A stretch of 63,738 bases of DNA, counting the filler, from Collodictyon triciliatum (taxonomy: Eukaryota), in NCBI GenBank assembly GCA_043381765.1. It is 4 parts of 4 records of this genome, joined end to end, with 100 filler letters (N's around TTAATTAATTAA, not from the genome) between each part and the next. Parts side by side here need not be neighbours in the genome. Positions count along the whole stretch, not along the records: positions 19,782 to 39,450 come from JBHJMP010001283.1; 3 more parts are not named here. One strand, written 5' to 3'. A program made the position numbers and the translations under genes. Positions 19,946 to 32,800 of this stretch are shown piece after piece; positions within the stretch are counted from its first letter, which is position 1; every line of letters starts with the position of its first letter. The notes under the pieces are model-generated. The model did not search any database. It saw nothing but the letters and a program-made list of their open reading frames with translations, and had not been told where the DNA came from.

Positions 19946-21466
19946 CTTATTATCTGACAAATCCAAGATACTGATATGCTCCATTAGTAGCAGGCATTGA
20001 GGAATACGCGATAGCTACAAAATCATGTCTGTCATCAGCGGCAAAATTTTAAATCATAATTCTTATGTGGTTGAGGAGAGAAAGATATATGCATCAACCT
20101 GGTTTTTCCTTAGACATATTTTCTCCAGGTTTCTCAAAATTGCGAAGGAATCCGGTAGGGATGAAATCTTAAATGGGTGATATTTGAGAATAGGGTATTG
20201 TTCAATCCATCGTGTGTTATTTTCTCGTCTGTATTGTTATAGAATAAATGCAAGCAAATCCTCTCTTCCAAAATGAGATTTATGAGAATCTACCTGATTG
20301 GAGGAGAGGTCGATAGAGTCCAACTGCTGCCAAAAGCTAATCTGGTTGGAAATATCCACTAAACCGTGGTTGTGATAGATTCGAGAATATAGTTGCAGAG
20401 AGTGAATACTATCATAGTTGTGAGTTTCAGGGCCCCAACAAGGCAACGTGGAAATCCCTGTATGTGCTCTTTCAACACAATAATCTCCCGTCGAGGAAAA
20501 TGTCAAATACTTCAACTTCGTCAGGTGAGATATGGCTTCTGGAAGAACTTCAATCTAAAAAAACGAAAAGAAAGAAATAGAAAGCGATCTTTTGTCAGAG
20601 TTTTGATGCCTAATTCAGATGAAAATCAGAAAAAGAATGACAGGGGTCAGTCCACCTGCTTCAATAAATGATAGGATGGTTGGTTGCTTTCTGAGATGGA
20701 GTCAGCAGACCTGATTCCCCTCGATGGATAATAACTCGACGTCGACAAGACTTGATAGTTCATTTGGGAGCTGCGATATTTTATTATTTCCCAAAAGCAG
20801 AGCACGAACACCCGTCAGAATCGAAGCCCATGTCGGCAGTGATGTGACTCTGTTGTTATAGAGATATGGAAAAGCCAGTTTGGTTAAAGAGCTGATTCCA
20901 TCCGGTATGCTGTCCAAAAAGTTGTCGTGGATGGTCATTTGTTTTAGATCAGTAAGAACCGATATTTCGTCTGGTATTGAGGTTAGTTTATTGAAGCTGA
21001 GGAACAGTTCGTTCAGATTTGCCAGACGTGATATTCCTGGAGGGACGGATGAGAGTTTATTGTCATTGAGATGCAGTCGGTGCAGGCTGGTCAAGTTTGA
21101 TATCTCATCGACCAGGACACTGATTTTGTTCTTTCCAAGAGCCATGTGTTTCAGCATGGAGAGCAACGATATTTCATTTGGAAGCACAGAAAGCTGGTTT
21201 TGTCTCAAGTCGAGATAGCTAAGGTGAACCAGGAGAGATATCCACGGCTCCAAAGAGGTTATTTCATTGTCGTTCAGAAGCAGCTCTCTCACGCGCGTCA
21301 CAAGCGAAAGGCCGGGCGGCAGACTCGCTATTTGCCGGAAGTCCAAACGCAGTTGTGTGCAGGCTGGAAAAGGGCTTCCCCTTGGCCTGGCGTCCGGCTT
21401 CAACTCTGCCAGACGCATAAGGTTGTCCCGGGCATTTTCCGCGCCAGTTGATTGTGTGTTTCCCAT
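19946..21466 (-). CDS. N-myristoylated leucine-rich repeat protein (SHOC2/ROCO-type LRRs); 3' end probably lost in the gap
   Basis: MGNTQS fits MGxxxS. About 9 LRRs of the LxxLxLxxNxLxxLPxxI type in exon 1, then exons IEVLPEAISHLTKLKYL..., ISSLPDSFAILRNLEKICLRKNQ and LSRIPQCLLLMEHISILDLSDNK with GT-AG boundaries. Confidence 0.85.
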
Positions 21467-21631
21467 GGCCCTGTACGCCTTTTTTTCTTTTTTCTTTATA
21501 AAAAAAATATATTGGTTCGGTGGAGTCCAAAAGTCGGTGGATATGTGGAGAGCAGACGACCGAAAAGATTCTGCGGCAGGGTAGAACCGGTTTGTGGCAC
21601 AACGCGGTCATCAAAGCAGGCCCAAACACCA

Positions 21632-22110
21632 AGAAAAAGAAAAGATGAAAAGATGAAAAGAAGAAATGGAAGAAAAGATGAAAAGATGAAAAGATGAAAA
21701 GATGAAAAGAAGAAAAAGAAGAAAAAGAAGAAAAAGAAGAAAAAGAAGAAAAAGAAGAAAAAGAAGAAAAAGAAGAAAAAGAAGAAAAAGAAGAAAAAGA
21801 AGAAAAGGAAGAAAAGAATAAAAAAAGAAAAGAGAAGAAAAGAGAAGAAAAGAGAAGAAAAGAGAAGAAAAGAGAAGAAAAGAAAAGAAAAGAAAAGAAA
21901 AGAGAAGAAAAGAGAAGAAAAGAAAAGAAAAGAGATGAAAAAAGAAGAAAAGAGAAGACAGGGAAGAAAAAAGAAAATCAAGAAAAAGAGAAGAAAAGAG
22001 ATGAAAAAAGAAGAAAAGAAAAGAAAAGAGATGAAAAAAGAAGAAGAGAGAAGACAGGGAAGAAAAATAATATCAAGAAAATGAAGAAAAGAAGAAAAGA
22101 ATAGAAAATG
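21632..22110. repeat. Purine-rich (GA/AAG) low-complexity tract between divergent genes
   Basis: (GAAAAAGAA)n and (GAGAAGAAAA)n arrays. Confidence 0.9.
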
Positions 22111-22583
22111 AGTGAAAACGGGTTATCGGACGCACCCAAGATATTTAAGTACTCATCTTAAACCCTATATTACCGACTCTGTTCCATAACCTTCTTTCAC
22201 CGAACAACCTACGCTTCTTTTTGTGGATTTGTTGTGCGGGAATCTGTCCAGTCCCACAGAGAAGGGAGTCTTCGAGTCATCCGAGTTCCCACCATTCCTA
22301 TTTGATTTGTGTCAAAAATAAATCAAAATAAAAAAATAAGTCAAAAATAATCAAAAAAATAAACAAAAAACAAAAAACAAAATACAACAGAAGAGTAAGA
22401 GGCGATGGAGAACACAAACCAACAGAGATCAAACCGCCGCACAAGACTGCAGGGCAAAACAAACAGCAAGCAACTCCCTTTATTCCCTCCCCGTCGCATT
22501 TCCGCCACTGCTCGCGCTTCGTTCGCCTGGGATTCGCTGCGCAAAGTGCGGTACTAAGTGGTGTGACTTTTGTGCTACCAGAG

Positions 22584-25500
22584 ATGGATTTGGAGCCTCT
22601 CTTTTTCCGGCTGCACGAAAGGCTTCTGGGAAGTTACTCGAAGGCCCTTTCAAGCCGCACCCGAAGGCTCGTCGAATATGTAACGCTTGGCTTGGCGCTC
22701 GGGATGTTGTCGGTTCTAGTTCTCTTGCACACCCGCTTTGTTGCAGACGTAAGTTTTCTTTCTTTCGTTGTTCTCGTTTCTTTATTCTTTTTCTTTTTCT
22801 TTTTTTCATTTTTTCATTTTTTCATTTTTTCATTTTTCATTTTTTTCATTTTTTTCATTTTTTTCATTTTTTCATTTTTTCATTTTTTCATTTCTTCATT
22901 TTTCATGGTTTAGTTTTTCATTTATGATATTGACAACTGTGTAGTTCGTTTCAGTCATGTATAATTATTTGTAAATGAGGAAGTCTGGCTGTACAAAGCT
23001 ATTCTCTGAGCGTGATCTGAGTAGTTCAGACATATATCACATTCAGGTTTGCTGAAACAATCATTCACTTGTATGTCCCTATTTATTTTTTTTTGTTCGG
23101 TATTGCTTTATTATATGCATTTTTGCTTATCTGTTTTTGTATTGTATCCACACAAAATATTTACTTTGTCGATAAAAGGATATCTGAATTGTAATTCTTC
23201 TGCAGATCGAACGGTCATGGTCGGGACTTGGAGACCAATTATTAAAAGAAACCGCACTTGCAGATCATAAAACACACGTATCGCTCAAGGATTCTTGCCC
23301 TGATTGCCCTCACGAGGATTCGGAGCATGTAGGTGTCAAGTAGATTACCTGAAGGCTTTACATCATGATTTATCACTATCATCATCGCTCTTCACAGCTA
23401 TGTGTCCATCAAAACAGACTTCTTTTATTTAATCAAGAGCTCATCTTCTTATCTGCAGATGACTCTTTCCTGCATCGAGATGCTTTCTAAATCAGCCATA
23501 CATATGCATATGTCTTCATTAGGATGAACTCATTGGCGGAAATAAACGTCCCAACAAAGACATGGGCATTAACCGCAGCGCTGAATCTGCATATCACAGC
23601 GGAAACAGTGGGTCTTTAGACGTTGAAAGGATTATATTTGTGCTGACTTTTTCCTTCATCTAATCCTGTGTCGCGAACCCGAGGCGTGTATTTCGTGGAT
23701 TTCATTCCTAGTAAAAAAAAAATGGAAGAAAACCCGCTCAACATATTTCCTTTCTGCAGCGTTTTCTGAGTCTTTTCCAAGTTCTGTATACATCTATTCA
23801 AAAGAAAGGGGACTTTTGGAACTCCCGAGTCACATCCGTGCAAAGTACGGCATCAAATCAGCCGAACTGTCGCTTGGTTCGCGTGATGAGTGTCTCGGAA
23901 ACCCGTATGTGCTCTTACACACGCAACATAGAGAAATATGATTCCTTTTCGCCCTTTTGTCTTTGAGGATTCTCATTTTACAGATAGCATATATATATAT
24001 TAAAGCATGCCCCTCTCAATTTATAAAAATCCTTCCCTATTTATACGACAACGTTTCATGAATTCCAAGTTCAGCTTTTCCCCTTGCTCCTTAAATGCAA
24101 GCGCTTCGAATATGCGCAATACCAAATCCATCTCATGCACTTTTGGTGAATATTGATGGAATCTCTTGTAGGTTTTTGCAGAGTGTCGTTGAGAATTTTG
24201 TAGGATATGGTATGCTTCATGTCACCTTATTTCAACAGAGCAATTTTATAGATTTTTTTTCATCCAATTTTTGACCACTCCTTTTCTGAGAAGATACTAT
24301 CGTGCTCAATGCGCTTGTGCAACACACGAACGGTGTTGGCTATGTGCTGAGTGTGCAAACATCCGAGTATTCTGACCTTTATCAAGCAACATCAACCTAT
24401 CGCCCGCAAAGCTCTGGTGGTAAGGACACTGTGCAGAATCATACAATCTGCTTGCATTAAGAAAGATAAAAGCATGTGAAATGAAACATAATGAGAATAC
24501 ATGGAAAATTCATTACCCAAGCGCCGTATTGCTAATATTATCCCTTTTTTTTTTTCAAAAAAATTCCTAATTGTCTTTACAAATCCAAGAATATCATATT
24601 TACCCCCTCTTTTTTTTAAATTACATTTAAACGATATGTTCTAGCCTTCATGGTACAGAAAATCGGTATTCTTGTCACATCCTTGTTTCTGTTCTTCACA
24701 GCATCAACTTTGGTGGCGTTGTGCCTTCGTGAGACCCAGTTTCGCGTCTTTCAATTCACATGTATGTTGTGATGAGATACACAAAGTCTTATAGTATCCA
24801 TATTTCACCTTTCAAGAGGCGCGATATCTTCAATTTTTCCCCCATATTATCCAGCTATTCTAATGCGAAGCTCTTTCGTATAATGCCAGTTCAACTTCAG
24901 TATTTTACGCGGCATCGACTTCCATGCGGTAGATTGATTATGTCACACATCATCAAATCCTTGGTTTTTGTCTTGGTGAGCAGCTAGCGATAAAAAAAAT
25001 CTACACATTTATTTATCCATTTATTTTATTCGTTTTCTGCTCTGGTTGATTATCAGGGTATATGCTCTGCAGCACAACTCAATGCTGCCATGGTTTTATG
25101 TCGAAATAATCCTATATGTGCCTCACTGTACTTTAACTTTGCATTTCAGCCTTGATGTCGCCTCAACTTTCTTTTTCTCATCCTCTGCAGGTGCTCATCG
25201 GTATACTATTCTTTTTTGCTGAGTTTCTTGAAAACCAGGGACTTGCATTCTTGCTTCTGACAGACTGCTGGGTCTGTGAGCTGTTTGCAATCATAAGGTA
25301 GCTTTTTTTTTCCTTTCTCTTTCCCAATCCTCATAACGATGAATGACCAGAAAGTGCTCACCATCGTCGTTTCTTCCTTTTTCCTTCCCAGTGTGCGGAG
25401 CGAGGCATCGGTGCGATTTTTCCCGCGGTTCTTTTTCCTGTACTTTATGCTTTTCCACATTTACTACTTCTCATTCCCATTCGGATTCACATATCTGGCC

Positions 25501-25779
25501 TTCTTTACCATGACGATGTTTGTGCAGCACTTGATTCTTTACTTTGTCAACTGCCACGAAATCCCGTCCTTGCAATCGCGTTCGGTCACGGAACACAACC
25601 CACGCTTTCCGTTCCACCTTCCACACGGCACAAACTCTGTCGATGAGCACACCAGTCGAATCGCCCAACTCGCCATCATGCCAAACCCGCAACACAACCT
25701 CGCGGCAGCGGCTTCAACAGAGGCACCGCACAGCTTTCACGCAAATGCACTGCGTCCGGTTTTTGCTGGCGGCTCCTGA
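22584..25779 (+). CDS. TMEM259: Membralin (TMEM259-like ER membrane protein), multi-exon
   Basis: LFFRLHERLLGSYSKALSSRTRRLVEYVTL...LH; YSKERGLLELPSHIR; GYDTIVLNAL; LFLFFTASTLVALCLRETQFRVFQFT; IGILFFFAEF; SVRFFPRFFFLYFMLFHIYYFSFPFGF...HEIP. These are characteristic membralin blocks. Confidence 0.9.
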
Positions 25780-26286
25780 TGGCATTATATTCCCTGGTCT
25801 TTCTGTGTTTTTATGATTGGGCTTTGTTGGCTTTTTTTTTTTCTTGTTTGCATTCGCTGCTCACAAAGAGAAGGCATCAAAGAAACATATCGCACAATCC
25901 AAAACATCCTCTACAACCTTCAGCTGTTTCCTTGATTCACACAAGATTGTACCCAACTCCATATCCATCCGCTTTCAATTTCTAAGACATCACTAAAGTA
26001 TCAGACTATCCATTTCTTTAAAAATAATAAATAAATAAATAAATAAAAAAACGGAATAATTGGAGGTCAAAACCAAATCCTTACACAGTAGAGATAAGGT
26101 ATGACGAATTCCTTTTCTCTCCAATTATTTCGGCATCACAGCGATTGGGCGAGGATATTTGTTTATTCTTTGTGATGGAAATAAGAACAGAGCGGACCGA
26201 TGAATCAAGGCAACTCATTTTTTTTTCTTCCTTTTTGTTTAGCGTTCAGCTGCTGCTTTCTTTTCTTCTCAAGCCTCTTCTTTTCC

Positions 26287-26779
26287 TCATGGCGAGCTCA
26301 CGGTGTTTGCGTCTTTGCTTCCCTTTTTGAAAGCGGCGACGGGCGAACCGGTCTGTGTGAACCCGAGAGTCATGTCTGGGTTTGGTCTGCGGTTGTTGTA
26401 TCGAACCCTGTGTTGGTGTGGATGTGATTAGAGCCGGAAACCATTCGCAACCGATAGATATGTGACTTTGTCGTATTGTTGTTTTTTCTTCCTGTCTTTG
26501 CTTACTCTGTCAAAAAGTGGATAGGAACGCGGCTTCCCGTCAGCTTTTCACGGACTTCGCAAAATAGCGTGATGAATTCAGAGAGCTTCTCCTATGATAT
26601 TTTATTTATAAAAAAAATATATTCCATAGCGATTTTTATGCGAAACCGCCCAACCTGAAGGGTTTCAACCAAAAAGAAAAGAAAATAAAATAAAATAGAA
26701 AAAAGAAAAAAAGAAAAGAAAAAAGAAAAAAAGAAAAGAAAAAATGAGAAAAAAAGAAAAGAAAAAATGAGAAAAAAAG

Positions 26780-26810
<31 letters not shown>

Positions 26811-29800
26811 GAACAAAAAGAAAAAATGAGAAAAAAAGAAAGAATATGCTTGTGGAAAACTGTCACAGACTTCAGACTCGGGGGCGCCAGCCACATCAAA
26901 CTCAATCAGCAGGTCGCGCATGGGTGGCTGGAAGTGAAGCACAAGGAAGCGATCTTTGTATGGGCTCATGCTAGAATATATACAGCATCGTCACCGATTT
27001 CAGCTTGTAAAATAAGCAGTTAAATGGGTGAGGTGTCAGACGTTCTATAGCAATCAAAACCTGAAGGACATAATGGCAGCAATTGGATACGGGTCTTTCT
27101 TGTGCTTGTACGTTTTTTGGTTCAACTGAGAAAGGGAATGAGTGAATTTCAGTGCTATGCGCAGGAATGACTGATTAAAAAAAAATCGAAAAGAAAAGAA
27201 AAGAAAAGAAAACTAGGGAAAAAAAGGGGAAAAAAAGGGGAAAAAAGGGAAAAAAAGGGAAAAAAAAGGGAAAAAAAAGGGAAAAAAAAGGGAAAAAAAA
27301 CGAAAAAAAGGAAAAAAGAATCTTTTGAGATGTATCCTCACCAGATAAAGACGCATGTTGGTGAGAAGGATAGAGCGAGGGTCGAGTGAGGAAGACGAAC
27401 TGTATTTATTCAAGTTGCAAGAGAAAAGAACGTCGGTATCGCCTGCAAAGTAAACGCAAGGAGTGATGAATAAGACGAAAGAGGTAAAATAACAAATGCT
27501 GGGATGTGTTAATCAAGTCCAATATTTTGAGGTACTCATAGTATATTATTGGTTGATATCGAGCTATTCTTTTCGTCTTACCAGTTGGCTTAATCTTTTC
27601 GACGAATGAATCAAAGACGTCCTTGTGAGGGTTTGATGGGAGCGACAAATAATTACCTTGAAAACCTCGTGACACCCTATGTATTACAAAAAAAAACAAA
27701 ACAAAACAAAACAAAACAGCAATTTACTTGTTGGCGTACTAATACATATTTGCTTGCTTTTTCCAGCAATAATCCGAACAAAATGCAGTCAACCGCTAAC
27801 ATGTGTTTCGGTATCTTTTTTTTAAAAAAAAAGATCAATTAAAAGATGGTCATTACATCCAAAACTTTTTTCCTTTGAATAAATCCATCGTCATGACTTT
27901 TCGTCTCATAAACACTCTGTTCTCTGGTGTCAGTCCGTTTACCATCCGACGAACCTGAGTGGCAAAAGGAATGACTTTGGTTATAAGACGACTACTGTCT
28001 GAACTAAGAGAGGCAAATCAATTTAAGGATTTATATGTTCCCACCCAATATTTGATATAGATTTTCTTGCACAATGCATTTGCATGTGAGAATGAAGGCA
28101 AAAATTTGGGCCACGAGAAGTTCTTTCCGTAGTAATTTGAAAGGCTGAGGCTTTGTGCATACGCTGCTTTCAATTGGAGAACATACCGACGATTCTGATA
28201 GATGGTGGATGAGGATCTGCATTCTCAGCAAAGATATCAAAACATAGTGGATTTTACAGATATCGGTGGCATAATATATATACACACTCGCGCAAGACGG
28301 TAGAATGATTGGATCTGCTTGATTTTTCGGTATATGCGGAGGAATTTTCTTCGGGCCTAGAAATGATGGAACAATGGTCATGCTTTGAAGATATTTTAGA
28401 CATATTATATGAACATAAATGCAAATTACAATCCATCCACGGATGATTTTCTGAATAGGGACAGCTGCTTTGTTGCGCCTTGTGCGGATGCGCCTCTTTT
28501 AAATAATTTTTAATTTATTGAATATGACTACACTTTTTTCACATAAAAAATTACACTCTCGAGGCTTCTGTCCCTTTTCAGGGGGAAACAAACAAACAAA
28601 CAAACAAACAAACAAACAAACAAACAAACAAAACAAAACAAACAAAACAAAACAAAACAAAACAAAACAAAACAAAACAAAACAAAACAAAACAAAACAA
28701 AACAAAACAAAACAAAACAAAACAAAACAAAACAAACAAAACAAACAAACGAACAACAAAAATTTGATCAGTATAAAGATAGGTATATAAAAGGAGTACG
28801 ATAATCCGACGCATGACTCGCTGGATTCGGACTGCAGCACGCATTTTGATAAAGCTTTTGATGGCCTACAGAGTTAAGCCAGATTGCACGAATTATATTA
28901 GCTTGAAAAAAAAAAGCGTTATAAATTCTTGAAAAGGGCTTATTTGGCCTTATCATTTCAAAATAAAGTAAATTAAATAAAGCAGTGAATAATACAAGTC
29001 TTCTGCGCGCATATTTTTGGATAACGACGGCAGCGAGACTGTTCTTTTTCCATCGACGAGCCTAAAATGTTTATTCATGATTGCGCTATCCATCAGCAGA
29101 GTTCGGCTCCTTACAACAGTCTAAAATTCAAGATTTCTCTTTTGTTTATGGTTCTGTCAGAAATAAAAAAATTACTTTGAGTCCACGATAGTACTTTTGG
29201 AAGACGACAACAGCCTTAATTATTTTCCATGCTTTTCGAGCCTACCATAATGTATTACAGTTACTGATGTATATTTGCGTTTTTTTTTTAAAAAAAAAAA
29301 GGGAAAAAAAAGGGGAAAAAAGCGAAAAAAGGGGAAAAAAAGGGAAAAAAAGGGGAAAAAAGGGGAAAAAAGGGGAAAAAGGGGGAAAAAAGGGGGAAAG
29401 GGGGAAAGGGGGAAAGGGGGAAAAGGGAAAAAGGAAAAAGTGGCATACATTCAACTCAAAACGGAAACAACAGATGAAATATTATCATGTCACAAAAATT
29501 ACAAACCAGGCGGCCTTTGTAGTGTTTCTGAATCATGATACTCGCAATAGTTCTCTTCTTCCAGACGCGGGCCTATGGCCAGGTAATAAAGAGAGAGGAA
29601 TAAGCAAAGGAGCAACGAACATGTGGAACGGAGAGCGCTTTAGTTACCATCCACCCTCGAACAATCCTTTGAACTAAAATAGCAGCGCGCAGCCTTTTAT
29701 AAGCTTGGCGAGCCTGTTTTAAATTTATTTATTGATATATGTACTTATGGCTAGGTAAATGCAAACAAACAAACAAACAAACAAACAAACAAACAAACAA

Positions 29801-32800
29801 ACAAACAAACAAACAAACAAACAAACAAACAAACAAATAAATAAATAAATAAACAAATAAATAAATAAATAAACAAACAAATATGAATGTATCAATAATT
29901 CATGGAATGTATGAAACTTCTGTCTTGCTTTCAAGAGGGACTTCTATTTCTGTCTTCGCATGTTTTAAAATAGAACAGAGCCAAAGAGTGATAGCAAATG
30001 AGAATAAGGTTGGATACCCGCCATCCACGAGTATATTTTTGAATCACAATTGCAGCAAGAAGTCTCCTGTAGGCCTTGCGGGCCTGAGTTGAAGTAGTTG
30101 AGCTTCATAATCAAGGGACGCCACTTTATGGGAACGATTCAACAAAATGTGGAATCATACCTTCCAACCGCGATAATGGGCAAGTATGACTCTGGTTGCG
30201 CTCAATTTCTCATACCAAACCCGAGCCTATATGAGGAAAGAAGAAGAAGAAAAAAAGCAAAAGGTTAACATGGCTATTTTCGGCGTTTCTGTCCGATTGG
30301 AAACCACATAAAAAATGAACGATTTTGCTCATCACATACGAGCTCAGACTCAATTACATAATACACCTCATCTTTTATCTTTTTTCAAAACAATCACACA
30401 AGTTGCTCTACTCTCGGATGGAGATACAATTTTTGAAAAAGAAAAAAAGAAAATGGTATGGAACCTTGTATCCTTTCCACCAGCGAGATATGATAATCGG
30501 GACGAACGGGAGCTTTTGCTCGCGAATTTCCTCAAAGAAGAAAAGCTAAATATGAATTGTTGCGTAAATCAACAGTGGGACAAGTGCAGCCAATGCAAAC
30601 AAATTGTAATAGGAGAATAGAGAGAGAGATATTATTTGTAGAAGACGAAGAGTAACCTGCGACGGGTGACGGATAAAAATCTTTGTTTTCCCAAGTCGAT
30701 ATTGATCTTCTTTGGTTTCATGATGATCCAGAATAGCCTTGACAGAGACCTTGAGGTCGGGATTATGTGTGGGCCACGTCTGTGGACAAAGGAATTTGTA
30801 CCTAGAGTGATATCGGGTAAGCCATAATTATTGATCAAAAGAATAAGGCTCTGCGATGCATTGAGTTTCGTGCGTTATGCAATGAATAAGAGAGCTCATG
30901 AGGCATTCTACCTTTGAATAAACCGTTGAAAAGTTTGACGATTGGCAAAGCCCGCCCGACGAACACGGATATTCTCAAGAAGACTATTTTGATTGAGCAC
31001 GATTAATATTGCATTTATGCTCAACTGGGTTTTATAATGATAGGGTCAGTGAGATTCCTCTAATGGACTGAATGGAGACCCGAGATATCGGACTTGATGG
31101 ACAACGAGGGGTTCCTCAAATAAATTGGGGGCTTTTATGCCGTTTGGTTTGATGCATCGGATGTAGTGAGGTTGGCAAGACTTGAGCGTCGATATTAAAT
31201 CATTCACAGCAGTCTTTCATGAGAAAATTTACACAAAAATTAGGACAATATGTGTTCTGCATGACAGCAAAGTTTTTTTTAACGCGTGTGCTACGGGCAT
31301 GATTTGTAGATATTAATAAATTTCCGAAACACTGACTTTAAATTGCGCACTGAGAGTTATCGGTCGCTTCCTTTCATCCAGCTCGATGACGGGAAAAGTG
31401 TCTGTCACCACAGAAAGCTGACTTGTGGTCATCGCTTTCTTGATATCGTAAAATAGTGTGTCTTTGTTCTGTCGATAATAACAACCAGATTAAAATCGCA
31501 GCAGGAAGAATGCGTCAAGAATTGAGAAGAAAGTATGATAAGGATATCGTGTTATTATAATTTTTTTTTGTACCTTCTCCAAAAATCCATCGATACAATA
31601 CATCACCTGGAAGAAAAAGGGATTTGGAATTGTCGTTATGAATTTAAAAAAAAAGAAAGAAAGAGAGGTGTAACTTTTTCAACCTATAATTGTACTATAG
31701 ACTTAAATATCCAAATTTACATCGCCTGCATAGTGCTTCAGCCTAAAGTTGTTCAAGCCGAGGGATTTTTCCTTTTTGGTAGGGAAACTCTCAAAGTGAG
31801 GGTGCTTGGTGAAAATTCTGGAATAAACAGAGGAAGTACGAAAAAAATTATTAGATAGCTTCGTTAATTTGCCAGCACATTGAAAGTGGTAAGGAGAGAA
31901 ACACACAGAAAATCATGCAATCATAAAAAAAAAAAAAAAGTGAGGGAGAGAAACAGACATAACGGATTACGTATTTAAGCGCGTTAGAAAAGTTGAATCG
32001 GTCGCATCGGTGAGGGTGCAAACATCATCCAAACAGGCCAGAATTCCTTGCTTTTTCTGTAAAAATTAAAAAAAAAAAGGGGTCAGATGCACTTTATTCC
32101 GCCAAAATAAAACATATGGATGGTTTTTTTTTGTGGGATTACGTTTTCGATGAGATCCACGATAACCTACAAGAATGAACGCAGATGTTTCAATGGAAAG
32201 TAGTGTAAATACCATATGCTCAAACCGAAAGGGCAATAAAAACAGTACGGCAAGAATCATAGTGTTTTGCAAGATGAAATAAAAAAAAGGATTCAAGGTG
32301 GGGAAAGCTCACTTGGTTATTGAAATAGTCGATGGACTCCCATTCGATTCCTTCACGTGCGTACTCTTCCTGCTCCGCCTTCAAGGTCAAGTCAATAAAG
32401 AGCTGCTGCAAACTCTCGTTGCAATAATTGATACTGTGTATTGATATTTTCATAAGAGTTGAAACAGGAGTGTCAAGTACGAGGAAAATAGTAACAATCA
32501 TGTTGACGACAGGAGAAACGATGTATGTATTCTTGTGTGGCAAATATATACCAAAATTGTTCAAGGCTGTTTTCCTACAAAATGTAAATGATGTTACAAG
32601 AAAAATTACATGTGAAAATTACGGTATGATTTCTTAAATAAATAGGAATCACTCAAAAAATACCTCGAATACTTCAAAGCCGTAGATGTCAAGAATACCG
32701 ATCCTGAGAGTATCTGGGTTTCCATACGAGATGCGGGTGTTAATCCTCTCAACAATCCATGTAAACAGGCGGGAATAGAGCGCCTTCGCAAGGGCATCAC

